A stretch of DNA of 64,000 bases, from contig MU054526.1 in the NCBI GenBank assembly GCA_013239625.1, positions 2,656,345-2,720,344 of the forward strand, given 5' to 3'. A program made the translations under genes and the position numbers. Shown here in pieces: positions 1 to 11,000 of this stretch. The stretch is from Lama guanicoe (lineage: Eukaryota). Under the pieces are notes generated by a model. That model had not been told where the DNA came from. It did no database searches and saw only the letters and a list, made by a program, of their open reading frames with translations. How positions within the stretch are numbered: the first letter of the stretch is position 1; each line of letters opens with the position of its first letter.

Positions 1-64
1 CATTGTGAAAGAAAGGAAGGAAGGCAGAGTGTCGGTCAGGTCTCTACTCTCCCTGATGCACCAT

Positions 65-330
65 TTAACCTCGGGCCTCAGTTTCCCCTGTCTGGGCCTC
101 CTCCTCCGGGTCCCTGTAGATTAAAATCAGGATGAAGGATGTCAGGGATGAAGTGGAAGGAAGGTGGGCTTTGTAGCCTGACAGACCTCGCTCCAATCCC
201 AGCTCTGCCCCTTCCAGGCTGTGTGACTCTGGGCAAGAGCCTTGCCCTCTCTGGGCTTTAACTTTCAGCCACTGGAAAAGGCAGCAGTGTGAGAATTGAT
301 ACCCACCTTGCTGGGCTGTTCGGAGGATAG
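65..330. mobile_element. MIR SINE fragments
   Basis: MIR core-like motifs gggcctcagtttcccc...tgtag and tgtgtgactctgggcaag. Confidence 0.55.
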
Positions 331-1061
331 ACATTGTATATGTGCCTGATCTGGTCAAAGCAGACCTCCCTGTTGCTCTGACAGACCCCTCCCCAGGGGG
401 GTCAGTGGCACTCCTCCCCTCTCCCCAGAAACCTAGGAATATCCTTTTTGCCTCCTGTCCTTGTCCTCCACAACCACTCCTCCAACAAATTCTGACGGCC
501 CTTCTCCCGAGGCCCATCTGGACCCCCAGCACAGCTCATACTGTTACCGCCGCGGCCCTGGTCCTTGCCTGCGGCCCTGCGGGGACAGAGCTTTTCCCCT
601 GTCCCCTGCCTTCCGTCCTCCCCACAGCAGCCAGTAGCCCGCTGAGCCTTTTCCACACAATCTGATCAACTTCCTCCTCTGCTTAAAACCCTGCAGTGAG
701 CCCTGGGCGGATTAACGTCTTGGTGTTCCCCGCTCCATCCTGTTGGCGCCATCGCTGCTGTGGGGGCCCCAGGACTGCTTTCTGAACCTCCTCTCTCAGC
801 AGCTCATTCTTGTCTGAAATGACCTTCCGGGGCTCAGTTACTGAAGTTTCCCTGGTCTTTGGAACAGTGCCTGGCTGAGAGCAGGCCCCTGGCCAGTCCA
901 TGCTGAATGAATCAGAGCTGAGCGTCCAGGAAACGGTGGTTCTGCTGATTTGCAGGGATGACAGTAATGCCAGCTGGCGTCTACTGAGTGTGCTTTCCAT
1001 GCAGGGTGCAGTTCCAAGCTCATTGTGCTTCTAAGCCCTGTTCTCTGTGTTGCTCTAAGCC

Positions 1062-1250
1062 AGTGATTTTGCCCCAGGGGGTCTTTGGCAATGTGTGGAG
1101 ACACGTTTGGGTGTCACAGGTGGGGGAGGGGGTGCTACTAGCATCTACTGGGTGGAGACCAGGGATGCTGTTCAATTCCCTGCAGTGCACAGGGTGCCCC
1201 CACCCACACGTGATCTCGTCCCAGCATCAGTCATGTTCAGACTGGGAAGC
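1062..1250. mobile_element. MER20-like hAT DNA transposon relic
   Basis: gattttgcccc...ggcaatgtgtggagaca...tgctactagcatctactgggtggagaccagggatgctg matches the recalled MER20 consensus. Confidence 0.6.
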
Positions 1251-1492
1251 CCGGCACTGGATCCAGGCTGAGCTGCTGTGATGGCTGGGTGTGGGTTCCT
1301 GCTGTAGGGTGTGCTGAGGACAGCGACCACAGCCCCTGCTGTGCGCTGAGCTTCCTGTGGGCCAGGCCCTGTGCTGAGCACAGATGACAGGGGAGGAAAC
1401 TGAGGCACAGAGAGGCAGAGTGTCTTGTTCAGCGTTGCACAGCCAGATGTGTATCGCCCGCTGACGCCCTCCCCGTCCCCCCGCCCCCCCAG

Positions 1493-1967
1493 GATTACGG
1501 CGCGGCCCTGCGGGGCCTGTGCGAGGACGCCCTGGAGGGCCTGCTCTTCCTGCTGCTCTTCTCCCTCTTGTCCGCGGGGGCCCTGGCCGCCGCCCTCTGC
1601 AGCCTGCCCCGAGCCTGGGCCCTCTTCCCACCCAGGTCAGGAGGGGCGGGGCGGGGTCCTGGGGCAGGGGTGGGAGGGGACAACCCTCCAGCCACTGTTG
1701 GGGGGCAGCCTCCTGATGGCTACCCCATCCTGCCTCTCTGCCACTCCCCCTGTCACACCCCAGTGACGACTACGATGACACAGATGATGACGACCCTTTC
1801 AACCCTCAGGTACTGGACTCTGGGTCTGCGGGAGGAAGGGCTGGGGCTGGACCTCTGGGGCTGGGGGTCTGCACTGCAAAGCAAGATTTCCGCCTCATGC
1901 CCTCCTCCCGCCCCAAATCTCCCTGCAGGAATCCAAGCGCTTCGTGCAGTGGCAGTCATCTATCTGA
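1493..1967 (+). CDS. TTYH1: Tweety family member 1, last three coding exons (gene starts upstream of window)
   Basis: Exons 1493-1635, 1764-1809 and 1929-1967 (TGA 1965-1967), all AG/GT flanked. They splice in frame to DYGAALRGLCEDALEGLLFLLLFSLLSAGALAAALCSLPRAWALFPPSDDYDDTDDDDPFNPQESKRFVQWQSSI*, the TTYH1 C-terminus. Confidence 0.96.
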
Positions 1968-2485
1968 GCCCCTCTTCCAGGCCAGGCTGGAGCCTGTTCC
2001 CCGTCTCAGGTGAGCATTCGGAGTGGCATCCCAGCTCCCAGAGCTCGCCTCTGCTCTCCTCTCCCTTCCACTGGGCTCCCTGGCGGCCCTCCTGCCTCCA
2101 TCTGGTCCTGCCTCTGCCTCTCTCCGCAGTTCCTTCCTCCGCTGCTGGAGAAGACCCCACTGACCCAGCCTGACTGGGCTCCCACCACTAACAGCACCCT
2201 GGCCATGGACACCTTAAACAGGACTGTCTCCCCGCCCTGCCCCCTCTGCATCTCCTTGGCCCTGGAAGTATGCTGAGGGGGCAGGCCAGGGCCCGAGGCT
2301 GGCCGGGGAGGGGGCACACAGCCAGCCCCTGCACCCCCTCACCCCTGGCCACCAGCCACGTCCCCTGAAGGGATGTGACTGCCCCGTCCGCCGCACCCCA
2401 GTGGGTTAGGGCCCTGATCTCTATGTGCGGCACCTACTTGGGAATGGGTTGATTTGAAATAAAAGGGAAGACTTTATTTTACAAG
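1968..2485 (+). other. TTYH1: TTYH1 3' UTR with an intron (2010-2129) and terminal exon
   Basis: Donor CAG|gtgagc at 2009/2010, acceptor tctctccgcag| at 2129, AATAAA at 2458-2463 followed by a U-rich tract. Confidence 0.8.
2458..2463 (+). terminator. Polyadenylation signal of TTYH1
   Basis: AATAAA with downstream T-rich element (2495-2510). Confidence 0.8.
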
Positions 2486-2752
2486 CAGCTGGGTCCTTCT
2501 TTTTTCCCTTCCCACGTCTGGCCTCGTGGTTGGGAGGCGGAGACCCCTTCACCTCTGCTCCCGCCCTGGCCTCCTGGCTGCCAGGTATTTCTGCTCTTGT
2601 CTGGGCTCTGCAGCAGTTAAGAAGGATTGCTCTTAAAAAAAGAAAAAATCCCCTTCACCACCCCCTCTCCCCAGTCTAAAAGCAGCACACGTGTCCTGAC
2701 GCAGGAAGAGACAGCTATCCCTGGAGCAGAAGAGAGAGCCTAGAAATAGATC

Positions 2753-2759
2753 TGTGTGT

Positions 2760-2798
<39 letters not shown>
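2753..2798. repeat. (TG)n microsatellite
   Basis: Directly visible run of about 23 TG units with one interruption. Confidence 0.95.
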
Positions 2799-2799
<1 letters not shown>

Positions 2800-3560
2800 C
2801 AGAAGACAGACTTAAAGTCAGGGTGAAAAGGACCAGTTCCAAAGCAATGCTGACATGATTAGCTTTCCATCTGGAAGAAGACAGTCTACGTCTGATATGG
2901 GTAAAAAATCTAAACGTAGACAAGTAAGGGGACAGGTATTTCAAGAGAAAAGAGACTTTTGTATGTTGTATACCATACATGTTTGAAGGAAAGGATTTTA
3001 AGCAAGATAGCCTAAAGACAAAGGAAAGATACCTTATTTGGCAAATTGTGGAATGAAAAAAATACCACAAAGTCAAGAGGCAAATTGATAGTCTGGGGGA
3101 AATTTTTTTTTTAAAAATACATAGTGTAAAGAAACAGGTAATTAATATGTATGCATAATCTACAAAGCTTCCACAAATAAGAAAGAGACAGCCCTATTCA
3201 AAAACAAGACACTAAGATGAACATTCAATGAATGAAAACCCCAGTGCCAGCAGACAGACCAAAAGGCACTCAAACCCAAATAATTAGGAAGTGTACTTTG
3301 AAACAGCCAGAAACTCTTCTTTTCTTCCATCAAAAAAAAAATTAAAGGAGTTGCTAATATTCCCAGTTATCAAAAAAATTAAAGGCATGCTAATATTCTC
3401 TGCTGGCAAGGATGTGGAGGGACAATTCACACACTGCCCCCAAGGATGAACTGCAATCCTGTGAAAAAAAATAATGTGCTCATGCGTGTTAAATCCAAGC
3501 TGTGTAGACCCTCTGACCGACAGTCCTACTCTGGGGAATCCATCTGTGGCTGCAGCAATA
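2800..3560 (+). mobile_element. Old LINE-1 (L1M) fragments
   Basis: A-rich strand bias with L1 3'-region motifs (tgctggcaaggatgtggagg..., cagcaat). Confidence 0.5.
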
Positions 3561-5040
3561 CTCGGATGGGCCGACCTCTGGAAACAAGTTCGCAGAAGGA
3601 AAAGCCCAATAAATCTCCGAGCAGCGGGGCTCCCTGGAGCCCGGCAGCTCCCGGCTGGGTTTGGACTTTCAGGAGAAAACCTGAGAGAGGAGAGATTTGA
3701 GGCAGGGGTGACAGACAATGGTAGCCAAGTGGACGAATGCAGAGGGGCCGGGGCTAAGGGCCCAGGCGTGTTCCTGACCACCAGACGGACGCAGGTGGTC
3801 GCTGGACTTGTTGGACCACGCCTGCCATCTTTGACATCCATCAGAGGGGAGTCAAAGACAGCGATTCCAAAATCCAAAGAACCCTGTTAGACCTGAACTC
3901 TTCCCCTAACTCACTGGACGGCAAAGCCTGGCCTGACCTGGCGTGTGGTTACTTACAAACCATCTCCCTGCCTGTGGGAACGTTCAGCCAGTTCTCTGCA
4001 GAAACTGCTCCCCAGGGCTGTGCAGGCTCCTGAGGGAAGGTGTGCTCTGTGGAATGGAAACCACGTTCTCCCTAGAAAGCCTGAGAAACCCTGAATCCCA
4101 AAATACAGAAACAGCCCCGAGGGTTTCCAGCTCGGGGCTTGTGAGCCCGGGGAGCCAGGTGTCTGGAGTCCAGTGTGGGGCCTGCAAGGGGGGAACCGCT
4201 GCATGCTCGCTCATCATGTCCATCTCGCACACTGCAAGGAAAGTTCACCGAAGCCTTCTTTGTGTGGGTCTGAAGCTGGGAAAGAGAAATGGACCGTGGT
4301 TCTCAGTGAGCGGCACTGGGGCCACCTGCATGGACTCACGTTCTTCTCAGGACCCCAGAGCTGTCTGACCCTGGGCGAGCCCTGCTGCTCTGGCCACTCT
4401 GCTCTCCAATGCTGCCCTCTAGCGACTCTGGGTCCACGTCCAGATATTCACAAAGTTCCCTGAGATGTGATCTCCTGCCAAGGGACCTGGGAGTGAGCTT
4501 TAATTAGGAAGCCCTAACCAAGACAAAACATTTTCCCTGACCTTTACAAAAGGTAAATCTACTTTTATTTTAAAATGATACATACGAGGACTTCGCCTTC
4601 TGAACAAGATGGAGTAACAGGGACTGGATTCGCTCTCCTTCCTGAAACAGCCAAAAAGCCAGATCAAATACGTGTGAAACTGTGGTTCCCAAGACAACAT
4701 CAGGCAAGGAAGGAGGAGGGAGAGTGACCCCTGATAGATGGACATCAAAGTGACCCCTGAAATCGCCATAGCCTATGGTCATGAGTTTCTGACCGTGGGA
4801 CAGGGGAGGGGAATTGAGGCAAAGCACCTCCCAAAGGCTCCCCCTAAAACTGCTCCAAAAAACAAAGTCTATTTTTTTAAAGAAGGCTCAAAATGAAAAG
4901 TAGGCAGCAAAAGAAGGCAGAAAAAGAGGAAAAGGGGAACAAACAAAGATGGAACAAATAGAAACCAAACAAAATGACAATAGATTTTTAAATTTTTTAA
5001 ATTATTTTTTTAACATTTACTGAACCCTGCTCTATTTTTT

Positions 5041-5160
5041 GGAGGGGGAGGTAATTAGGTTTGTTTATTTAGTTATTATTATTTTTTAATGGAGGTACTG
5101 GGGGTTGAACCTAGGACCTCATGCATGCTAAGCATGTGCCACTTGAGCTATATCCTCCCC
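5041..5160 (-). mobile_element. Vic-1-like tRNA-derived SINE (camelid)
   Basis: Reverse complement reads ggggaggatatagctcaagtgg..cttagcatgcatgaggtcctaggttcaacccccagtacctcc + A-rich spacer + cctaattacctccccc. Confidence 0.85.
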
Positions 5161-5217
5161 TCAAGACAACAGATTTAAAGATAACCATACCAATAGTCAC
5201 ATTAAAATACAATTATA

Positions 5218-5345
5218 GGGGAAGGGTATAGCTCCGGGGAAGAGCACTTGCTTAGCATGCTCAAGGTCCTGGGTTCAATCCCCAGTACCTCCATTAAAAA
5301 TAAATAAGTAAACCTAGTTACCCCCTGAAAAGATTTAAAAATAAG
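5218..5345 (+). mobile_element. Vic-1-like tRNA-derived SINE (camelid)
   Basis: ggggaagggtatagctcc...cttagcatgctcaaggtcctgggttcaatccccagtacctcc + A-rich tail; Pol III A/B box-like head. Confidence 0.85.
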
Positions 5346-6029
5346 AAAGACTAAAAATATATAGAGTTACAAACACCTATTTTAAAAGACAGAGGTTGTA
5401 CACTTGGGTAAAAAGAAAGATCCAACTATATGCTGTTGACCAGAAATCCATCCCTTTAAAAGCAAAGGGTTACTAAACGCAATGGGGTACCCTGGATCGG
5501 ACTCCGGTACATAAAGGAGACATTAGTGGGGAAAGTGGCGAAATTCAAATAAAGTCTGCAGTTAACAGTAACGTGCCAATGTTGGTGTCTCAGTTTTGAC
5601 ACACATACTACATGAATGTCAGACGATAGCATTAGGGGAAACTGAGTGTAGGGTAGGCAGGACACTACACATCTTTGCAACATTTTTGTAAGCCTAACAT
5701 TATTCTAAGAAACAAAAAGTTTAATGGGCAAAAAGAGTAAAAAGATGGGAAAAGGTGAGCAGTGCTAACAGTAACAAAATGATCCGCAGTTATCAGCAAA
5801 AAAATTTACAGTAATATAAGATTGGAAGGAAATTGCTGCTTCTCAAATACCACCTACTGTGATGATTACGGTGACCGGTCCCTGAACTGGACTGCTTAAT
5901 TTTATAAGAGCCCTGTTTGGAAACTGTTGGCACACTCAAAGGGTCACTTGCAAGGAGTTTGAAGGAAGGTTTATTTACGGAGATGGCCCCAATTCCTCAG
6001 CCAGACATCAGTGCCCTTTCAGGCTCTGT

Positions 6030-6850
6030 ACTTGCGAACCCTGCCGCGCGTGGCCCCTCGGGGCTACCATCCCCACCCAGTCTTCCGGCTTCCACTAAAA
6101 TTCCCACTGCGTCATTGCGTAGGCTGGAGGGCGGGCTCAAGTTGAACTCGCGGCGTCTACTGGCTGTCCAGGGTCGAGGGAGGCGGGGCGAGGCCTCCGC
6201 GTGACGTAAAGACGCCGCGGTCAGGACGTAGAAGCGCAAGGAAGACGAGAGTCAGCCGGCTCGCGAGCAGTCCTGCTGCCGTGTTGCTATCGCCTTAAGC
6301 CGTGGTTGGTGCATTCGGGGTCGTGCGGCCGAGGTGAGTGTGGATAGCGGCGGCGGGTAGGCGGCGGACGGGCGGAGACGGCGTTTCTTTTCGGCCTTAG
6401 GCCCCGCGGACCCCGAGGCCTTTGCGGCAGTCGCACCAACGGACGCCGCGCGAGAGCGACGGCAGGGTGTGGCGGGCACAGGCCACTGCGCTTGCGCATG
6501 AGGGGTGGGGAGCGCAGCTGCGCACCTTCGCGCCTGCGCCGTCGGCCTCCGCTCTCCGCCCCCGCCCTCGGAATTCCTGGGCCCCGCGTACTCCGTTCTT
6601 CGACCCCCATTGATCCGCCGTTCCAGCGGGAGGACGACGTTGCCCCAGGCGACGGGCGGTCCTTGTGCAGCTTTCTATCCCTGAGGACGTGGTGCGCACG
6701 CGGCGCGGCCGGGGCGGTGGCTCCGGGGCCAGAGACCAGGATCTGGGCGGTCTCTTCCTCCACCGGGCGCCCTCCTATGCCTTCCCCGGGCCTGCGGTAC
6801 GGCTCGGTGCCCCTCTCCGCCCTTCAGACCCGCCTAGAAACCTCCAGGGT
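6030..6850 (+). promoter_or_regulatory. LENG8: CpG-island promoter and non-coding exon 1 of LENG8
   Basis: CpG-dense; GC boxes near 6128 and 6182; CRE-like TGACGTAA 6202-6209; NRF1-like TGCGCTTGCGCA 6487-6498; exon-1 donor GAG|gtgagt at 6333/6334. Confidence 0.85.
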
Positions 6851-8058
6851 CCCCTACACCTTGCCACCAATCTCTTTCCTGTCCCGCCCCCCTCCCACTA
6901 CCCCTACTCGTGACCCTCTACCCCCACGCCCCATCCCCGGCTCCGTTCTGTCTTCTCTTTAAGACCTTTCTTGTCTAGGGCTCTTCCCAGCTCCGGACCT
7001 TTGTTTCTGTTCTCCCACTTCTTGTGGGACTTTCGGGTTCTCCAGCGGGACTCGCCTTTGAATCCACCTACACTTCTCAATTATCCCCTGAAGTCTAGTC
7101 CCCCTCGCCGTCCCCCGCACAATCCTTGCCCCCAAACACCCCTTCGCTTTCTTGCGTTTCTCTCCCCCCAATCGCTTAACTTCCTAAAGATAATTTGGGC
7201 TTCTTCAGGCATCCCCAAAGCTTTCTCTCCAGACCCCCACCCGAGGCAGTTGCCTCTTCTTTCTCCCAGGCCTACCCCTGCTTCTAGGAACCTCGCTTAG
7301 GGTTAGTCTCTGTTCTTTGGGGATTTTCCTGAAGTCGGTCTCTTAAGAGTTTTCTAAGAATTCATTTCTTTGTTTCTGGTTCCTCTCTGACACCCTCAAC
7401 TTCTTCCTGCTTTCAGGGATAACTTCCAGAAATCCCCTTTCCTCCCAGATTTTGTTCCTCCATTCTCCAGTGTTTTCTCTCAAGACATCCTCAGATGCTT
7501 CCTCTTTACAGACTTCCCCTCAGAAGTCTCTCAAGGTCTCCCCAGTCTCCGGGTTCACTTAGCCCTTGCTCATTAGGGCGTCATCTCTTCTGCTTCCTCT
7601 CAGAAGCTGGCTTCCTTCTTACCTCTTGACTGAGGTCCCCCGACCCTGTCCTCTGATCCTTCTCCTGTCTGTCTCAGGGTTTCTTTTGAACTCTTCCCTT
7701 TCTTCATATGGGTTTCAGATCCTTTTCTTTCCCTTTGGGAAATTCCTTCAGACTTCCCTGTGTTCGAGTCCTTCATTTTCCACCTGGAACACTGCACAGA
7801 GGCCGCGGCCTTCCCTCAGGCTGTAGCCCTTTCATTCCGCACTCGGAGTTGTCTTCAGATTGTTTACCCCAGTGGCTCCTCCTTTCTCAGACTCCCCTTT
7901 TCTGTCTGGCTACTCCTGAGTCCACCTACTTCCTTTCCCTACTTCATGACATGTTTCTTTCTCCTTTTTAAATCCCCCTAGCTCATTTTTTTTTTTTTGG
8001 CAGACAGTGAAAAAGCAGCCTGGCTCCCGAGGTCCACCCCTTACACCCCAGGGTCCAG

Positions 8059-11000
8059 ATGGCGGCCAACGTGGGTGATCAACGTAGCACGGATTGGTTA
8101 GTGGAGCTAAAGGGACAGGGGCAAGAGAAGAGGGCAAGAGGAAGCAAGATCCAGTGTTGTCCTGGATGGCCCCTACACAGCACGTGTGGGGAGTGATGCA
8201 GCGGCCCCTGGTGTAGGGGTGGGGATGAGGAGCTCCTCTTAGCTTTTGTTTCTCATAGTACAGTGCTTGCTTTACACAATTGTGATGATTCATTCAGTGA
8301 ACTGTGATTACGGGACAGCCTATGATAACCTGATTGTAGTGGTATCTCACAGAATTCATGGATTCATAAAACATTTTGACCTCCTGGGCATCAGGTTCTG
8401 CGTTATGTTCTGTGAATATTGGTAATCTTTTTGTTTGAGTTTTAACAAGTGTTGTGTATCAGGCACCTGGGAAAGTACCTTGAGTAGACAGTCACATTGA
8501 TCACTCAGAAAACTGTGGAGCAAAACCTGGCTGGCCGCATGTTACCTGTAGGTCAGAAAACTTAGGCTCCAAGAGGTGGTGAGAGGGAGCGCTGGGGTTT
8601 GACCCTTGGTGTCTGCCTGCCCCCATGTTGCCCGCCGTGTGCTGTGGGGAGGACGGACTGACTTGGCATCCCCGCTCTGCAGGTCCTCTCAGTACAGCGT
8701 GGTGGCCGGGGCGGGCAGAGAGAACGGCATGGAGACTCCCACACATGAGAACCCGGAGTGGGAGAAGGCCCGCCAGGCCCTGGCCAGCATCAGCAAGGCG
8801 GGAGCCGCTGGCAGCTCCGCCAAGGCCGGCAGCAGTGGGCCTGTGGCCAGCGCACAAGTGAGAAGGCTGCATGGGGCCTGGGCGGAAATGGGGGGCCCGG
8901 GGCAAGTGGGTACCCACTGGGTGTCCACTCATCTCAGGACAGAGTGCTCTGAAGATGTTCTAGGAGCCCTTGGGTTGGGGAGGCATGGTCTGTTTCCTTG
9001 AGTCTAGGGCACTGTGTGGTCCTTGGGAATCCAGCCCAAAGAGAAAGACGTGCTCAAGGTCCCTGAGGGGCCCGAGTCCCCTGGTAGAGGTGGTGGCTCT
9101 CTGGGGAGATGAGGACCCAGTTCCGTCCCTTGGCAGTTAACCACCAGTAAGCAGCCCTGCCCCGTGGGGCCCGGGGGTTCCTGCTGCCAGCACTGACGGC
9201 GCGTGGCCCCCTCCCCGCAGTATGTGTCCCAGGCGGAGGCGTCTGCCCTGCAGCAGCAGCAGTACTACCAGTGGTACCAGCAGTACAACTACGCCTACCC
9301 GTACAGCTACTACTACCCGGTGGTGAGTGCCCAGCGCGCCACGGGGCGGGGCCGGCGGCGTGGGGCCGGCGCTGGCTGGTGGGCTGAACGCAGCCGAGGG
9401 GGCTGCTGAAAACCCTTCAATAGCTGATGGCCCGCGAGGTCAATTCCCAGGTCCCTCTGTGGCCACCCTTTCCCCTCCTGGTGCTCATGTGGCCACAGAG
9501 ACACCTCCAGCTCAGCACGCATCAGGTCCCCTCCGTCACAGCCCCCGCTTCCCGTGCTCCCACGCTTGCCCCGTCCTCGCCCCTCGTGGGCCGCCTGGAC
9601 GGCGCCTTTAGAGAGCCCTGTCCTCTGATGGGTGACGTTCCCACCCCGCCACTCCGCAGCTCTGCTTGGCCTCCTTTCCCACTGCTGGCTGTGTTGCATG
9701 TCTACGGCTGTGTGTGTTTTGAGTGCAGTTCGTTAGCGCTTGGGTTTTTTGTCTTACGTTGTGTTCTTTTGTGTTTAGGTGGGCTGGACTAAGGAAGTCG
9801 TTATTGAATAGAATGGAATGTGGGGTAGACTGAGGTTTTACTTTATAATTTTTTTTAGCGTAAGCTAATTTGGTGCCTTTGCACAGGGGACAGAGGAATG
9901 AGGGAGAGGTAGCGGGTCCCAGATCATAAGCAGCAGGAGAGGCAGGTCTAGACTGTGAGGGGAGAGATGGGGCCTGCCGCTAACCCATGCCTTCCTGTGC
10001 CTCTGGCAGAGCATGTACCAGAGCTACAGCTCCCCCTCCCAGTATGGGATGGCCAGTTCCTACGGCTCAGCCACACCCCAGCAGCCGTCCGCACCCCAGC
10101 ACCAAGGGACTCTCAACCAGGTAATGCCCTAGTCCTGCTCTGTGTTGTGTCCGAGCAGGGGATGCAGCAGGGACGCTTGAGTGAGCTAGGCTGCTCCTCT
10201 CCACCCGTTTTTCCCTCCTGCCAAGCAGTTTCTGAAACTAGGCCGGGTTTAGGGCTTGGGTAAGGCCAGGGGGCTGGAGTGCTAGGGTGATGGTGGGAGC
10301 ACTTTGTAGTGTGGCAGCCTTTCTTCTGTGTTTTCCCTCAAGCACGTGTACACAGTCTTTCACTCACTCACTCACACAGTCTAGCCTTGCACTTAGTGTG
10401 CAGCCTGGAGGAGTCGTGGAGCTAGTGCCAGGGAGGTGGGTAGATGTTGGTTTGAATCCCAGCCGCCATCACCCCCACCCCCACCCCCATGGTGAAGCTG
10501 ATCCTGTGAGGTGGGAAGGGATGTCACTTTATCACAGGGTGCTTGGAGTGCGTGTCTTGACGAGCTCGTGGTACGATCTCAGGTGCACGTGCTGTTGGGC
10601 AGCTCTCACCGGGAGGCACACTTCGGTGTTTTAAACACCGGCAGCTGCCACTCAGCTGCTGGGAGCTGTGGGAAAGTATCTTGAAGTCTGAGCCTGAGTC
10701 TTAGCTGTGGAAAGAGGGATTAATAGGAAGCCACACCTCCGAGAGTTACTCTGAGGGCTCGAGGTGGTGGGGTGTCTGACGGTCTTGAGGGTGGAGGGCT
10801 GAGTGACGTGACGGAGGGGAGAGTGAGGGCCAGCCTGGGGCGCTGTGCTCCTGCCCTCAGCGCCCACTTCCTCCGACAGCCCCCGGTCCCTGGCATGGAT
10901 GAGAGCATGTCCTACCAGGCCCCCCCCCAGCAACTGCCGACGGCCCAGCCCCCTCAGCCCTCCAACCCCCCGCACGGGGCTCATCCTCTGAGCAGCGGCC

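Larger units (their letters stand above)
4580..5820 (+). mobile_element. Old LINE-1 fragments interrupted by two SINEs
   Basis: caagatggagtaacagggactgga (L1M 5'-like), aagatccaactatatgctg (ORF2 endonuclease-region-like), gggtaccctggatcggactccgg (L1MD/MC 3'-like). Confidence 0.5.

Noticed and set aside
5218-5292. tRNA-like sequences (also at 25637, 33064, 44227, 46083)
   Set aside because: These are SINE heads with A-rich tails and TSDs, not tRNA genes.
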